From positions 765 through 64,764 of the forward strand of contig CAMQWP010000010.1 of the NCBI GenBank assembly GCA_947038565.1: DNA of 64,000 nucleotides. Direction: 5' to 3'. The notes beneath the pieces are model-generated. The model searched no databases and was not told the origin of the DNA. It saw only the letters and a list, made by a program, of their open reading frames with translations. The first letter of the stretch is position 1. Every line of letters starts with the position of its first letter. This document shows positions 22,360-30,573 of this stretch, in pieces. This DNA comes from an uncultured Clostridia bacterium. GTDB lineage: Bacteria > Bacillota > Clostridia > Christensenellales > UBA3700. The translations under genes were made by a program, and so were the position numbers.

Positions 22360-22460
22360 GGTAGTTGGATATAAGAGTACTTAAAGTTTAATGGTAGTTG
22401 GATATAAGAGTACTTAAAGTTTAATGGTAGTTGGTGTATAAGAGTAGTTAAAGTCTAAGG
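22360..22460. repeat. three tandem 33-35 bp repeats GGTAGTTGGATATAAGAGTACTTAAAGTTTAAT
   Basis: Units at 22360-22392 and 22393-22425 identical; third (22426-22460) diverged with a 2-nt insertion. Confidence 0.9.
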
Positions 22461-22478
22461 AGAATATTTATTTTGGGC

Positions 22479-22502
22479 AAAAAAAATCTACCTAGCGGTA
22501 GA
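22479..22502 (-). terminator. intrinsic terminator of small-peptide gene 2
   Basis: Minus strand TCTACC-GCTA-GGTAGA followed by T8. Confidence 0.7.
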
Positions 22503-22521
22503 GCTCATAATTAACCCATGC

Positions 22522-22602
22522 TTAGTATAATTTGTATATACTCTGAGCATTTGCCATAATTGCTGTAACTTCAACATATGATTTCCATAGCTTCTTTAAC
22601 AT
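22522..22602 (-). CDS. 26-aa cationic amphipathic peptide MLKKLWKSYVEVTAIMANAQSIYKLY
   Basis: Hand translation; AGGAGG 8 nt upstream of ATG; own promoter and terminator; paralog of 22018-22101. Confidence 0.55.
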   Translation of the reverse strand: MLKKLWKSYVEVTAIMANAQSIYKLY

Positions 22603-22659
22603 AACAAGTACCTCCTATTAAATTGTAGTATCAAAGTCCCTTATCACTTTGATGGGTAT

Positions 22660-22688
22660 ATAATACTACAAAAATTGTACAATGTCAA
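22660..22688 (-). promoter_or_regulatory. sigma-A type promoter of small-peptide gene 2
   Basis: Minus strand TTGACA (22688-22683) - 17 nt - TATTAT (22665-22660). Confidence 0.6.
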
Positions 22689-22878
22689 ATAATTTATGTC
22701 AATATTTTACATTTTACTAATCATTTACTTATAATAACGTATGATTATTAATGTGATTATAATAATTAAAATAATTAGTGGAAAATAAGTGGAAATATGA
22801 TATAATATAATTACTTTAATATTTGATGATTATGTTATATAATTGTTAATTATAAATTTTTAAACAATGTGAAGAAAT

Positions 22879-22907
22879 TGTGGACAAATAGGAGTAATTG
22901 TGGATAA
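22879..22907 (+). other. pair of DnaA-box-like 9-mers (TGTGGACAA, TGTGGATAA) 20 bp apart
   Basis: TGTGGATAA is the exact complement of consensus TTATCCACA; the other has one mismatch. Confidence 0.3.
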
Positions 22908-22965
22908 CTATAGCAATATGTACCAGTTATGCACATTTTAAGCTAATTATAAGGAGTATATTTAA

Positions 22966-24525
22966 TTGATTAAGATAATAGCTATTAATAGTAAATATGT
23001 ACACACTTTACTCTCGCCGTATTATCTAAAAGAGAATAGCGAGTATAAAGATATAGATATAGTGCAAACAAATATCAATGTGGATATAAGTGATATCGTA
23101 AGCATTGCCGTACTGGATGATCCTATCGCTATTGCGTTGCCTTGTTATATTTTTAATATAAATGTAGTCAAGACGGTTGCAATGAATATAAAAACAAATT
23201 ACCCTCATATAAAAATAATACTTGGCGGGCCTGAAGTTAGCTTTGAAAATGACTCGCATTTTGATTATGCAGATCATATAATCACTGGTGAGGGGGACGC
23301 TAGTTTTGGAAAGCTAGCGTTATGCCTCGCGAGCGGTAAGTCTTGCGATAAGTTAATAGTCGGTGAACCTATGGATCTTGGGAAAATTGTTTCTCCGTAT
23401 AGCGAAGATTATTTTGCCGATGTTGCAGGTAAGATTGCTTACTTTGAAGGGTCGAGAGGGTGCCCTTTTAACTGCGCATATTGTATGAGCGGTATTAGTA
23501 AACTTAGGTTTTTCGGCATGGAGTCTACAATCTCAGAATTAGTAAAGTTTAGGGGTCGAAATATTAGAGTTTTAAAGTTCGTTGACAGGACTTTTAATGC
23601 TAATATTGCTTTTGCAAAACAATTGATGAGATATATTATTGATAATCATCATTATTATGATTTTGGATTTCATTTTGAGATTGCAGGCGATCTAATAGAT
23701 GAGGAATTTATCGAGATCGTAACGTTGTCACCAAAAGGTCTTTTCCAATTTGAAATAGGTGTACAAAGTTTTAATGAAAAGACACTAGAGGCGGTAATTC
23801 GTAAGACTAATATAGATAAAGTTATTACATATATAACAAGATTAATTGACTGTGGAAAGTCGCATGTCCATACTGATCTTATAGCGGGTCTTCCATATGA
23901 GGGCTTAGATACTTTTAAGACTGGGTTTGATAGATTGTATAATGTAGGCAGTAATATGCTACAATTAGGTTTTTTAAAAGTGCTAAAGGGTAGTAGAATA
24001 AAGGAAATGATGGACGGTGATTATAAATACAATAGTACACCGCCTTATGAGATAATCTACACTCCCTACTTGACTGTAGAGGATATTGCAGAGCTTAAAC
24101 TTGTAGATGATGCAGTGGATAAATATGCTAATAGTGGATTGTTTAAAAGGACTTTAAAGCAGTTTATAGAAGGTAGTCCATATGAGTTTTATAAAAAATT
24201 AGGTGCTATATGTGTTGGTATTTCAGAGCTTTTCGATAGAATAAAGATCTTGTATGATATGCTATGTGAAAGCCATGATGACCATATTGTTAGAAGTATT
24301 ATGGTGATGGATTATATGTCTACTAATAATTCAAGAGTAGTACCTCCATGCTTAAAAGTAGTATATGATAAGAGTTTTGCAAAATTATTACGATCAATGG
24401 ATATAGATAAGAAGAAAAATTTTGCTTGCATGATTGACGTAAATCCATTGACGTATAACAAAGAATGCTGTATAGTTTACTGCGATTATAGTCAAGGCTA
24501 TGATTTATTGTTTAAAATTATATAA
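22966..24525 (+). CDS. B12-binding-domain radical SAM protein with uncharacterised C-terminal domain (DUF4080-like)
   Basis: CPFNCAYC (CxxxCxxC) cluster motif after an N-terminal Rossmann-like B12-type domain; TTG start after AAGGAG. Confidence 0.8.
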   Translation: MIKIIAINSKYVHTLLSPYYLKENSEYKDIDIVQTNINVDISDIVSIAVLDDPIAIALPCYIFNINVVKTVAMNIKTNYPHIKIILGGPEVSFENDSHFDYADHIITGEGDASFGKLALCLASGKSCDKLIVGEPMDLGKIVSPYSEDYFADVAGKIAYFEGSRGCPFNCAYCMSGISKLRFFGMESTISELVKFRGRNIRVLKFVDRTFNANIAFAKQLMRYIIDNHHYYDFGFHFEIAGDLIDEEFIEIVTLSPKGLFQFEIGVQSFNEKTLEAVIRKTNIDKVITYITRLIDCGKSHVHTDLIAGLPYEGLDTFKTGFDRLYNVGSNMLQLGFLKVLKGSRIKEMMDGDYKYNSTPPYEIIYTPYLTVEDIAELKLVDDAVDKYANSGLFKRTLKQFIEGSPYEFYKKLGAICVGISELFDRIKILYDMLCESHDDHIVRSIMVMDYMSTNNSRVVPPCLKVVYDKSFAKLLRSMDIDKKKNFACMIDVNPLTYNKECCIVYCDYSQGYDLLFKII

Positions 24526-24618
24526 ATTTGTATTATTAACTATAGTAATTTTATCCATAATAGTGTATAATATATATATTATCATAGTTATATTATAATA
24601 ATAGTGAGGGCGATATAT

Positions 24619-25317
24619 ATGGAAGTTAAAGTATTAGGTTGTTACGGAAGGTTCGCCCCGATTGGCGGTGCTACTAGTGGGTATTTAATTACTACTAATA
24701 GTGGTAAAAATATTATTATTGATCTAGGTTCGGGGTGCTTGAGCAATTTGCAAAAGTATATCGCTGTGCAAGATATTGACATGATTATATTATCTCATTT
24801 GCACTTTGATCACGTGAGTGATATAGGTGTGCTAAAATACGCAATGGGTTTTTTGAAAGTGAAAGGCATTCAGCTTTATATGCCAAATACTCCTAAGGAT
24901 ATGTTTAATATTTTAGGTGGTGGGTTTGAAGTAAATGTAATTACTGACAAATTATTAATTGAGCAGTTTGGTCTTAGTATTCAGTTCCTATCAAATCATC
25001 ATCCAGTTGAAACGTATTCGGTGTGGATTATAGAAGATGGAAAGTCATTGGTTTATACTAGTGATTGCATGACATCAGACGATATCCTTAAAAGTACTGC
25101 TTGTGCGGATTATGTTATTGGTGATGCCTGCGTACTTCACTCTGATTGGAGTGATAAGTCGCCGCATGTTAGCGTGCGAATGCTAAGTGAGAGCGTTCCA
25201 GATAATTGTACTTTATACCTTGCACATCTAACATCAGGTATTGAAAATAACATACTTGCAGAAGCTAAAGAATATCATTTGAATGCAGAACTTGTATGTG
25301 ACTTCAAAATCATTTAA
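24619..25317 (+). CDS. stand-alone metallo-beta-lactamase-fold hydrolase
   Basis: HLHFDH (HxHxDH) motif; start ATG 24619 after GTGAGGG. Confidence 0.8.
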   Translation: MEVKVLGCYGRFAPIGGATSGYLITTNSGKNIIIDLGSGCLSNLQKYIAVQDIDMIILSHLHFDHVSDIGVLKYAMGFLKVKGIQLYMPNTPKDMFNILGGGFEVNVITDKLLIEQFGLSIQFLSNHHPVETYSVWIIEDGKSLVYTSDCMTSDDILKSTACADYVIGDACVLHSDWSDKSPHVSVRMLSESVPDNCTLYLAHLTSGIENNILAEAKEYHLNAELVCDFKII

Positions 25318-25377
25318 AGCATGTTATGATACTAAAACTAACACTATTCCATACAAAAAAGGAAATACATATTACTA

Positions 25378-27525
25378 ATGAAAAAGCTAATTAACTATAG
25401 ACCAGTGCCTATATTTTTCCTTTTTATAATAGTAGGGATACTACTTGTATCTCTATTAAATCTTGTATACGGTTTAGTTGCGATAGGTATATCTATAGTA
25501 GCGTTAATAGTGATTTTTTCGGCTAAAAAGTTAAGAAAACATATATCTAAGATAGTGCTTATAATGACAGCATTGATAATAGGCGTCACGTCTTGTGCTG
25601 TGACTCTAGGAGTGATTTCATCAAATAATGAGTATGTTCCCGATGTTTATATTACTGGTACAATTAGTGGAGATACTATGTTTTCGTCGGGTGGCAATAT
25701 AATAGATAATCATCTTGTACTCACTGATGTTAGCTATGAAGGTAATATCGGCATGGGATCAGTTGATGGAAAGGTGCTAATCAAAATACCATCTTTTAAC
25801 TCTTCCGCAAATATCGCCAAAGTAGGAGATATTATCACTGTTTTTGGTACTCTAGTGCCAAGTCAGTTGATAGTGACGGACAGTTATTCCGTATCCAATT
25901 ACACAAGTGGTATTAGATATTCTGCTTCGGGAGAAATGTTTAAAAACACCCTTGTTAATGAAATAGACTTTTTTGATAATATAAAAGTGAAAGCAAAGAC
26001 GGTAATGTTGAAATTCATGACTGACGATAGTGCTGAACTGATATATAGTATGGTGTTCGGCGATAGCTCAAACATGAATAATCATGATCTAAAAGCATTT
26101 AGAGAGATAGGTATTGCACATCTTTTTGCTGTATCAGGACTGCATATTGCGGTACTTGTAGGTGCTATTTCGTTTATTATCAGAAAATGCAAAGGCGGTA
26201 AGTACGTTGATTATTTTATAAGTCTAGCGGTTGTATTATTCTATGCTGCACTCACTGGGTTTGGTGTTTCAGTCATGAGAGCAATGATTATGCTTGTAGT
26301 GTACAAGACAGGTAAATTGCTCAATTATAAGCATTGCGGTATATCATCAGTGTGTCTTGCGGGCAGTATTATACTTGCTTTTAATCCTATTATGATGTTT
26401 AGTTTGTCTTTTCAGCTTTCATTACTTGCAATAGTAGGTATTTACTTTTTCTCGGAACCAATTGCACAGAAGTTAAAGTTTTTACCATCAAGCCTTGCAG
26501 TACTTGTATCGTTAAATATTTCCGTAAACATTGCAATAATTCCTATTATCCTCAAAGCGTTTGGTGATGTTTCATTGATATTCTTGCTAGCTAATATATT
26601 ACTTGTTCCAATTATTACATTACTTTTTCCTATAGTGCTATTGTTCTTGTTTATATCTACACTGATACCGATACTAGGATACATTCTCATACCGTTTGGA
26701 TATATTTTCGAAGTATTTACATTTGTATCTAGTGCTATCGCTAGCTTGACGTTCTTGTCTGTTAGTGTAGTGCCTAGCGTGCCTATGATAGTAGGATACA
26801 TGTTGTTTTTGGTGCTTGTATCTAAATACATCATGATAGAGGGGCGTACTAGAGCCATTATAAGCGGTGCAGGAATAATAGTATTTACTAGCTGTGTATT
26901 TATATCATCATATCATTTGATTGATTTTGCAACTAAAGTAAATGTTGTATCGTCTAGCATGGATCATGAGTATGTGGTCGTAAATGACTATGGCGGTGAT
27001 AATTACCTCATAATCAATGGCGAATACGATGAGTATATTATAAGAGATGTTATAGATTATATGGATAAATATAATATTACGCATTTCGACGGTATTATCA
27101 AGCCGACATTTACCGATAAAGAGGTGCTAGCATTATACAAAACATTTGAGTATATCCAGCCTGAGTATATTATCACTTATACAAAACATCATTACTTTGA
27201 TTATTTGTTTGAAGACAGGCAATACTTGTTTTGTGATAATGATGACATTTTTGTCACGATGCACTCTTATGGAGACACTGATCAAGTCATGGTATCAATA
27301 GGTGAGATCAATATAGGTTTTAGTAATATTATTGACTATGATGGCGAGATTTACTTTAATCACAATGATAATATTGATATATTATTTGCTAACGGTGATA
27401 GGGATTATATTGACTATTTATTGCCCGATTATTATATATCTGACTTCCCGTATACCACTATTTCAAAGACTATTGCTAGTAAATTTACTATCAAGATAAA
27501 TAAAGATAAAATATATATAAGGTGA
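25378..27525 (+). CDS. comEC: DNA internalisation competence protein ComEC/Rec2 family, with degenerate C-terminal MBL domain
   Basis: Polytopic membrane core with FREIGIAHLFAVSGLHI motif; conserved position upstream of holA; no HxHxDH in last ~200 aa. Confidence 0.85.
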   Translation: MKKLINYRPVPIFFLFIIVGILLVSLLNLVYGLVAIGISIVALIVIFSAKKLRKHISKIVLIMTALIIGVTSCAVTLGVISSNNEYVPDVYITGTISGDTMFSSGGNIIDNHLVLTDVSYEGNIGMGSVDGKVLIKIPSFNSSANIAKVGDIITVFGTLVPSQLIVTDSYSVSNYTSGIRYSASGEMFKNTLVNEIDFFDNIKVKAKTVMLKFMTDDSAELIYSMVFGDSSNMNNHDLKAFREIGIAHLFAVSGLHIAVLVGAISFIIRKCKGGKYVDYFISLAVVLFYAALTGFGVSVMRAMIMLVVYKTGKLLNYKHCGISSVCLAGSIILAFNPIMMFSLSFQLSLLAIVGIYFFSEPIAQKLKFLPSSLAVLVSLNISVNIAIIPIILKAFGDVSLIFLLANILLVPIITLLFPIVLLFLFISTLIPILGYILIPFGYIFEVFTFVSSAIASLTFLSVSVVPSVPMIVGYMLFLVLVSKYIMIEGRTRAIISGAGIIVFTSCVFISSYHLIDFATKVNVVSSSMDHEYVVVNDYGGDNYLIINGEYDEYIIRDVIDYMDKYNITHFDGIIKPTFTDKEVLALYKTFEYIQPEYIITYTKHHYFDYLFEDRQYLFCDNDDIFVTMHSYGDTDQVMVSIGEINIGFSNIIDYDGEIYFNHNDNIDILFANGDRDYIDYLLPDYYISDFPYTTISKTIASKFTIKINKDKIYIR

Positions 27526-27527
27526 AT

Positions 27528-28505
27528 ATGAATGTATTACAACTAGAACAATCATTTAAACAGAATATAGCGCCGTTATACATAATTCGTGGTAACGACT
27601 ACTATTATAGAACGCGAGCATTAAACACGTTACTAGCTTTAGTTAGTGACGATTTAAGCACGTTCAATGTGACTTATGTGTCATCTGACGCAAATATAAA
27701 TACCGTTCTAATCGCTTTATCGACACCACCGATCATGAGTGACTATAGGCTCGTAATATGGCAAGGTGACATAAAGAAGATGAATAAGGACGTATCTACT
27801 GCCACAAAAAAGGCTTTAGATAAATACCTTGCAAATCCTTTTGAGGGTGCTGTGCTTATAGCGGTAGACGAGATAGATTATTTTAAAAGTATCTATAAAA
27901 TAGGAGAGGAAGTGAACTGTAGTAAATTGTCAACATCGGAGTTGATGCCAGAAGTTAAACAATTGCTAAGTGCTAAAAATACTACTATGGATAATATGCT
28001 TATCAAGGAGCTAGTCGAGAGATGTGATAATGAGATGGCGGCTATAGTCGGGGAGCTTGATAAACTTATCGCATATGCTGACGGAGACTACATAACAAAG
28101 GAAAGTTTAGCTGAGGTGGTAACGCATAATGTTCAGCAAGATATATTTAAATTAACTGACGCGATTACTAATGGTAATGTCGATTTTGCATATCAGCTAC
28201 TTGATGATTTACTATCGAGAGGCGAACAGCCTTTAATGTTACAAGCATTGATACTCGGACAGTATAAGCGTATGTTTTATACTAAAATATCCAAAGAAAC
28301 AACTGATGAGATAGCAAAACAATTAGGCGGAAATCCTTATCCTTATAAGTTGGCTAGGGAAAATGCTAAGAAGTATAAACCAATGGAGTTAAAGAGAATA
28401 GTAGATACTCTTCATAATATAGAGTATGATCAGAAAAGTGGTAGGATAGGAATGGATGAGGGCTTAGGTCTTGCCATGGCGACTGTTACAAAGAGGAGGG
28501 ATTAA
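27528..28505 (+). CDS. holA: DNA polymerase III subunit delta
   Basis: ~325 aa, follows comEC as in Bacillus/Clostridia; alternative GTG start at 27522. Confidence 0.8.
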   Translation: MNVLQLEQSFKQNIAPLYIIRGNDYYYRTRALNTLLALVSDDLSTFNVTYVSSDANINTVLIALSTPPIMSDYRLVIWQGDIKKMNKDVSTATKKALDKYLANPFEGAVLIAVDEIDYFKSIYKIGEEVNCSKLSTSELMPEVKQLLSAKNTTMDNMLIKELVERCDNEMAAIVGELDKLIAYADGDYITKESLAEVVTHNVQQDIFKLTDAITNGNVDFAYQLLDDLLSRGEQPLMLQALILGQYKRMFYTKISKETTDEIAKQLGGNPYPYKLARENAKKYKPMELKRIVDTLHNIEYDQKSGRIGMDEGLGLAMATVTKRRD

Positions 28506-28509
28506 TATT

Positions 28510-29049
28510 TTGAAAAAAGTTATATTAGCGGACAATAACAAAAACAATAAACCAATATTATACGCAATGCGATTTTTATTGTTTCTTACGTTCATATTCA
28601 AGGGCTGGTTATTAGCCGATATGCAGTACATGGCTACTGGAAACATAGCAGGTGTTTTATCGTCTACAGTATCTTATTTAATAGTAGGAATGGTACCATT
28701 CTTATTGTTCTTATTTGCGAGTTACTTATCGTATTCGACGTTTTCAAGTTCTAAGTATGCTCCAGTAAATCAGGAGTTAAGAGTGCTTGTTAATAAGGAT
28801 ACTTATTACATTAATCTAATGATTATAACTTGCGTAAGTAATATTATCGCGGGTGCACTTAATTTTGTAGCATATTTTTACAGTATTTCTATTACGCTTG
28901 TAATTATTTTAGTGCCTATTATCATGTCTCTATTTACAGTTGTGACTATGATGAGCACTCTTATTGCTATGACTGGCAAGAAAAATGCGAAAAGTTTGAT
29001 CGTGTCTATGTGTGGACCGTCATTTATTCTTTTTGCACTGTTGAGGTGA
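28510..29049 (+). CDS. multi-pass membrane protein, unknown function
   Basis: 4-5 hydrophobic helices; probable TTG start 28510 after GGAGGG (longer ORF overlaps holA). Confidence 0.5.
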   Translation: MKKVILADNNKNNKPILYAMRFLLFLTFIFKGWLLADMQYMATGNIAGVLSSTVSYLIVGMVPFLLFLFASYLSYSTFSSSKYAPVNQELRVLVNKDTYYINLMIITCVSNIIAGALNFVAYFYSISITLVIILVPIIMSLFTVVTMMSTLIAMTGKKNAKSLIVSMCGPSFILFALLR

Positions 29050-29054
29050 TGAGT

Positions 29055-30506
29055 ATGAAAAAAATTATTTTATGCGTAGTTAGTATGATGATAATGGTCG
29101 CTATGTTAGTTGGCTGTACTACTCAGCCAAAAGATGTGGTCAATTATGACCCTAGCACGTCAAAAGTCGTAGCAGGTATACAAGGCTATGATACTTATAA
29201 AGAATTCGTTACTAATTATCCAGCTCGTACTTCGGGTTATATAGATAGTTTCAATAAAGATAAAAGTAAAGAAGCAGCACTTTGGATATCTAGTCAATTG
29301 TCAAGTTACGGATATTCGTCAGCATTTTCAGAGCAGTCTGGATTACAACAGTTTCCGTATACCAATCCTATTACAGCAAAGTCAGAGACTGCATATAACG
29401 TAGTATATACAAAAGACAGTACGACTCCTAATGCTAAGACAGTTGTTATTGGCGCGCACTATGATAACGTTGCTAATATAATGGCGGGAAGTAGCATGAT
29501 AGGCGGTGAAGGTGCGTATAATAACGCGACTGGAATTGCGGGATTGTTAGAGCTTGCGAGAATCTTAGTTGATGTAGAGCTTGATTATAATGTTGAGTTT
29601 GTCGCGTTTGGTGCGGAGGAAAGTGGGTCATTCGGTAGTAAATATTATATAAATGTACTTGATAAAGCTAGTCGAGATGATATCATGCTTATGGTTAATT
29701 TTGATAGGCTTGCAGGTGGTGATTATGTATATATGTACTCGAGTGAAGCCAAGACTGATCATAATGATTATTTCTATTCTAAAGCTGAAGAGAATTCTCT
29801 AAATATACAGACATTGCCATCATACCTTAGACCATACATGCTGTCATATGCAGATAGTAATTTGATATACACTAATGAAGCAATGATGAGTGATAGTAAT
29901 GTTTTTTTAAATAATAATATCAATATTGTAAATATTATCTCTATGAATTTTAGTGATAATTCTACTGCAACAATAAAAGAGAAAGCTGGATTGGGTAATA
30001 TTTCTTATACTCAAAATGATACTTTTGAAAATATGAATGTAAGGCTTGGCGGAGAAATCAAAGCAAAGTCTATTATAGATGCTCAAATCGCCAATGCAGT
30101 AAGTGCCGTTTATTACTCGATGATAGGTGTTGACTTCGCGGATGTAATGATAAAGTCTGAGCCAAACGGTGGACTTGACGCGATGATGGATAATAAGCTG
30201 ATTAATATAATATCTTACAGCATATTGGCGGGTTTCATACTGATACTTGTAATATTGTATTTTGCACTTAGAGAGTGTGTTAAGTCACATCCTGTTCTAG
30301 TAGATACGCCTTTTGGTAGAGTAGATAGGCGAACCGGTAAAGTATACACTAGTAATGTTAGCCCAACGATAAGTAAGAAAATCGATGTGTTTGGTGAAGA
30401 CGCAAGCGATACTGATGATGTTATTGAAAGTGCTGATAGTGGTGAAACTCCGCTACTAGAAAATAAAAAGACTGTAGATGAAAATGATATTTTTGGTGAG
30501 TTTTAA
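29055..30506 (+). CDS. M28-family Zn aminopeptidase, lipoprotein with C-terminal TM anchor
   Basis: Lipobox MLVGC; M28 motifs GAHYDNV, NNATGIAGLLELAR, FGAEESG; TM helix near aa 390-415. Confidence 0.8.
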   Translation: MKKIILCVVSMMIMVAMLVGCTTQPKDVVNYDPSTSKVVAGIQGYDTYKEFVTNYPARTSGYIDSFNKDKSKEAALWISSQLSSYGYSSAFSEQSGLQQFPYTNPITAKSETAYNVVYTKDSTTPNAKTVVIGAHYDNVANIMAGSSMIGGEGAYNNATGIAGLLELARILVDVELDYNVEFVAFGAEESGSFGSKYYINVLDKASRDDIMLMVNFDRLAGGDYVYMYSSEAKTDHNDYFYSKAEENSLNIQTLPSYLRPYMLSYADSNLIYTNEAMMSDSNVFLNNNINIVNIISMNFSDNSTATIKEKAGLGNISYTQNDTFENMNVRLGGEIKAKSIIDAQIANAVSAVYYSMIGVDFADVMIKSEPNGGLDAMMDNKLINIISYSILAGFILILVILYFALRECVKSHPVLVDTPFGRVDRRTGKVYTSNVSPTISKKIDVFGEDASDTDDVIESADSGETPLLENKKTVDENDIFGEF

Positions 30507-30573
30507 TATTTAATCACACTACAAATATCAAATATTAAAAAATAGTTGTCCTTTAATGTTAATCGGGGGTAAA

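Noticed and set aside
22360-22460. Tandem 33-bp repeats as a possible CRISPR array
   Set aside because: The units are directly contiguous with no unique spacers. There are only three copies, no cas genes in the window and no palindromic repeat core.
21525-22965. Long AT-rich intergenic region with DnaA-box-like motifs as a replication origin
   Set aside because: It has only two good boxes. It is not flanked by dnaA, dnaN or rpmH, and I identified no clear AT-rich unwinding 13-mers. Most of the region is explained by the duplicated peptide modules.
21975-24525. Peptides plus radical SAM as a RiPP gene cluster
   Set aside because: The peptide genes are divergent, each with its own promoter and terminator. 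The peptides lack Cys-rich or Ser/Thr-rich cores. The enzyme lacks a recognisable SPASM or RRE region. No protease or exporter is present. It is kept only as a low-probability note in the findings.
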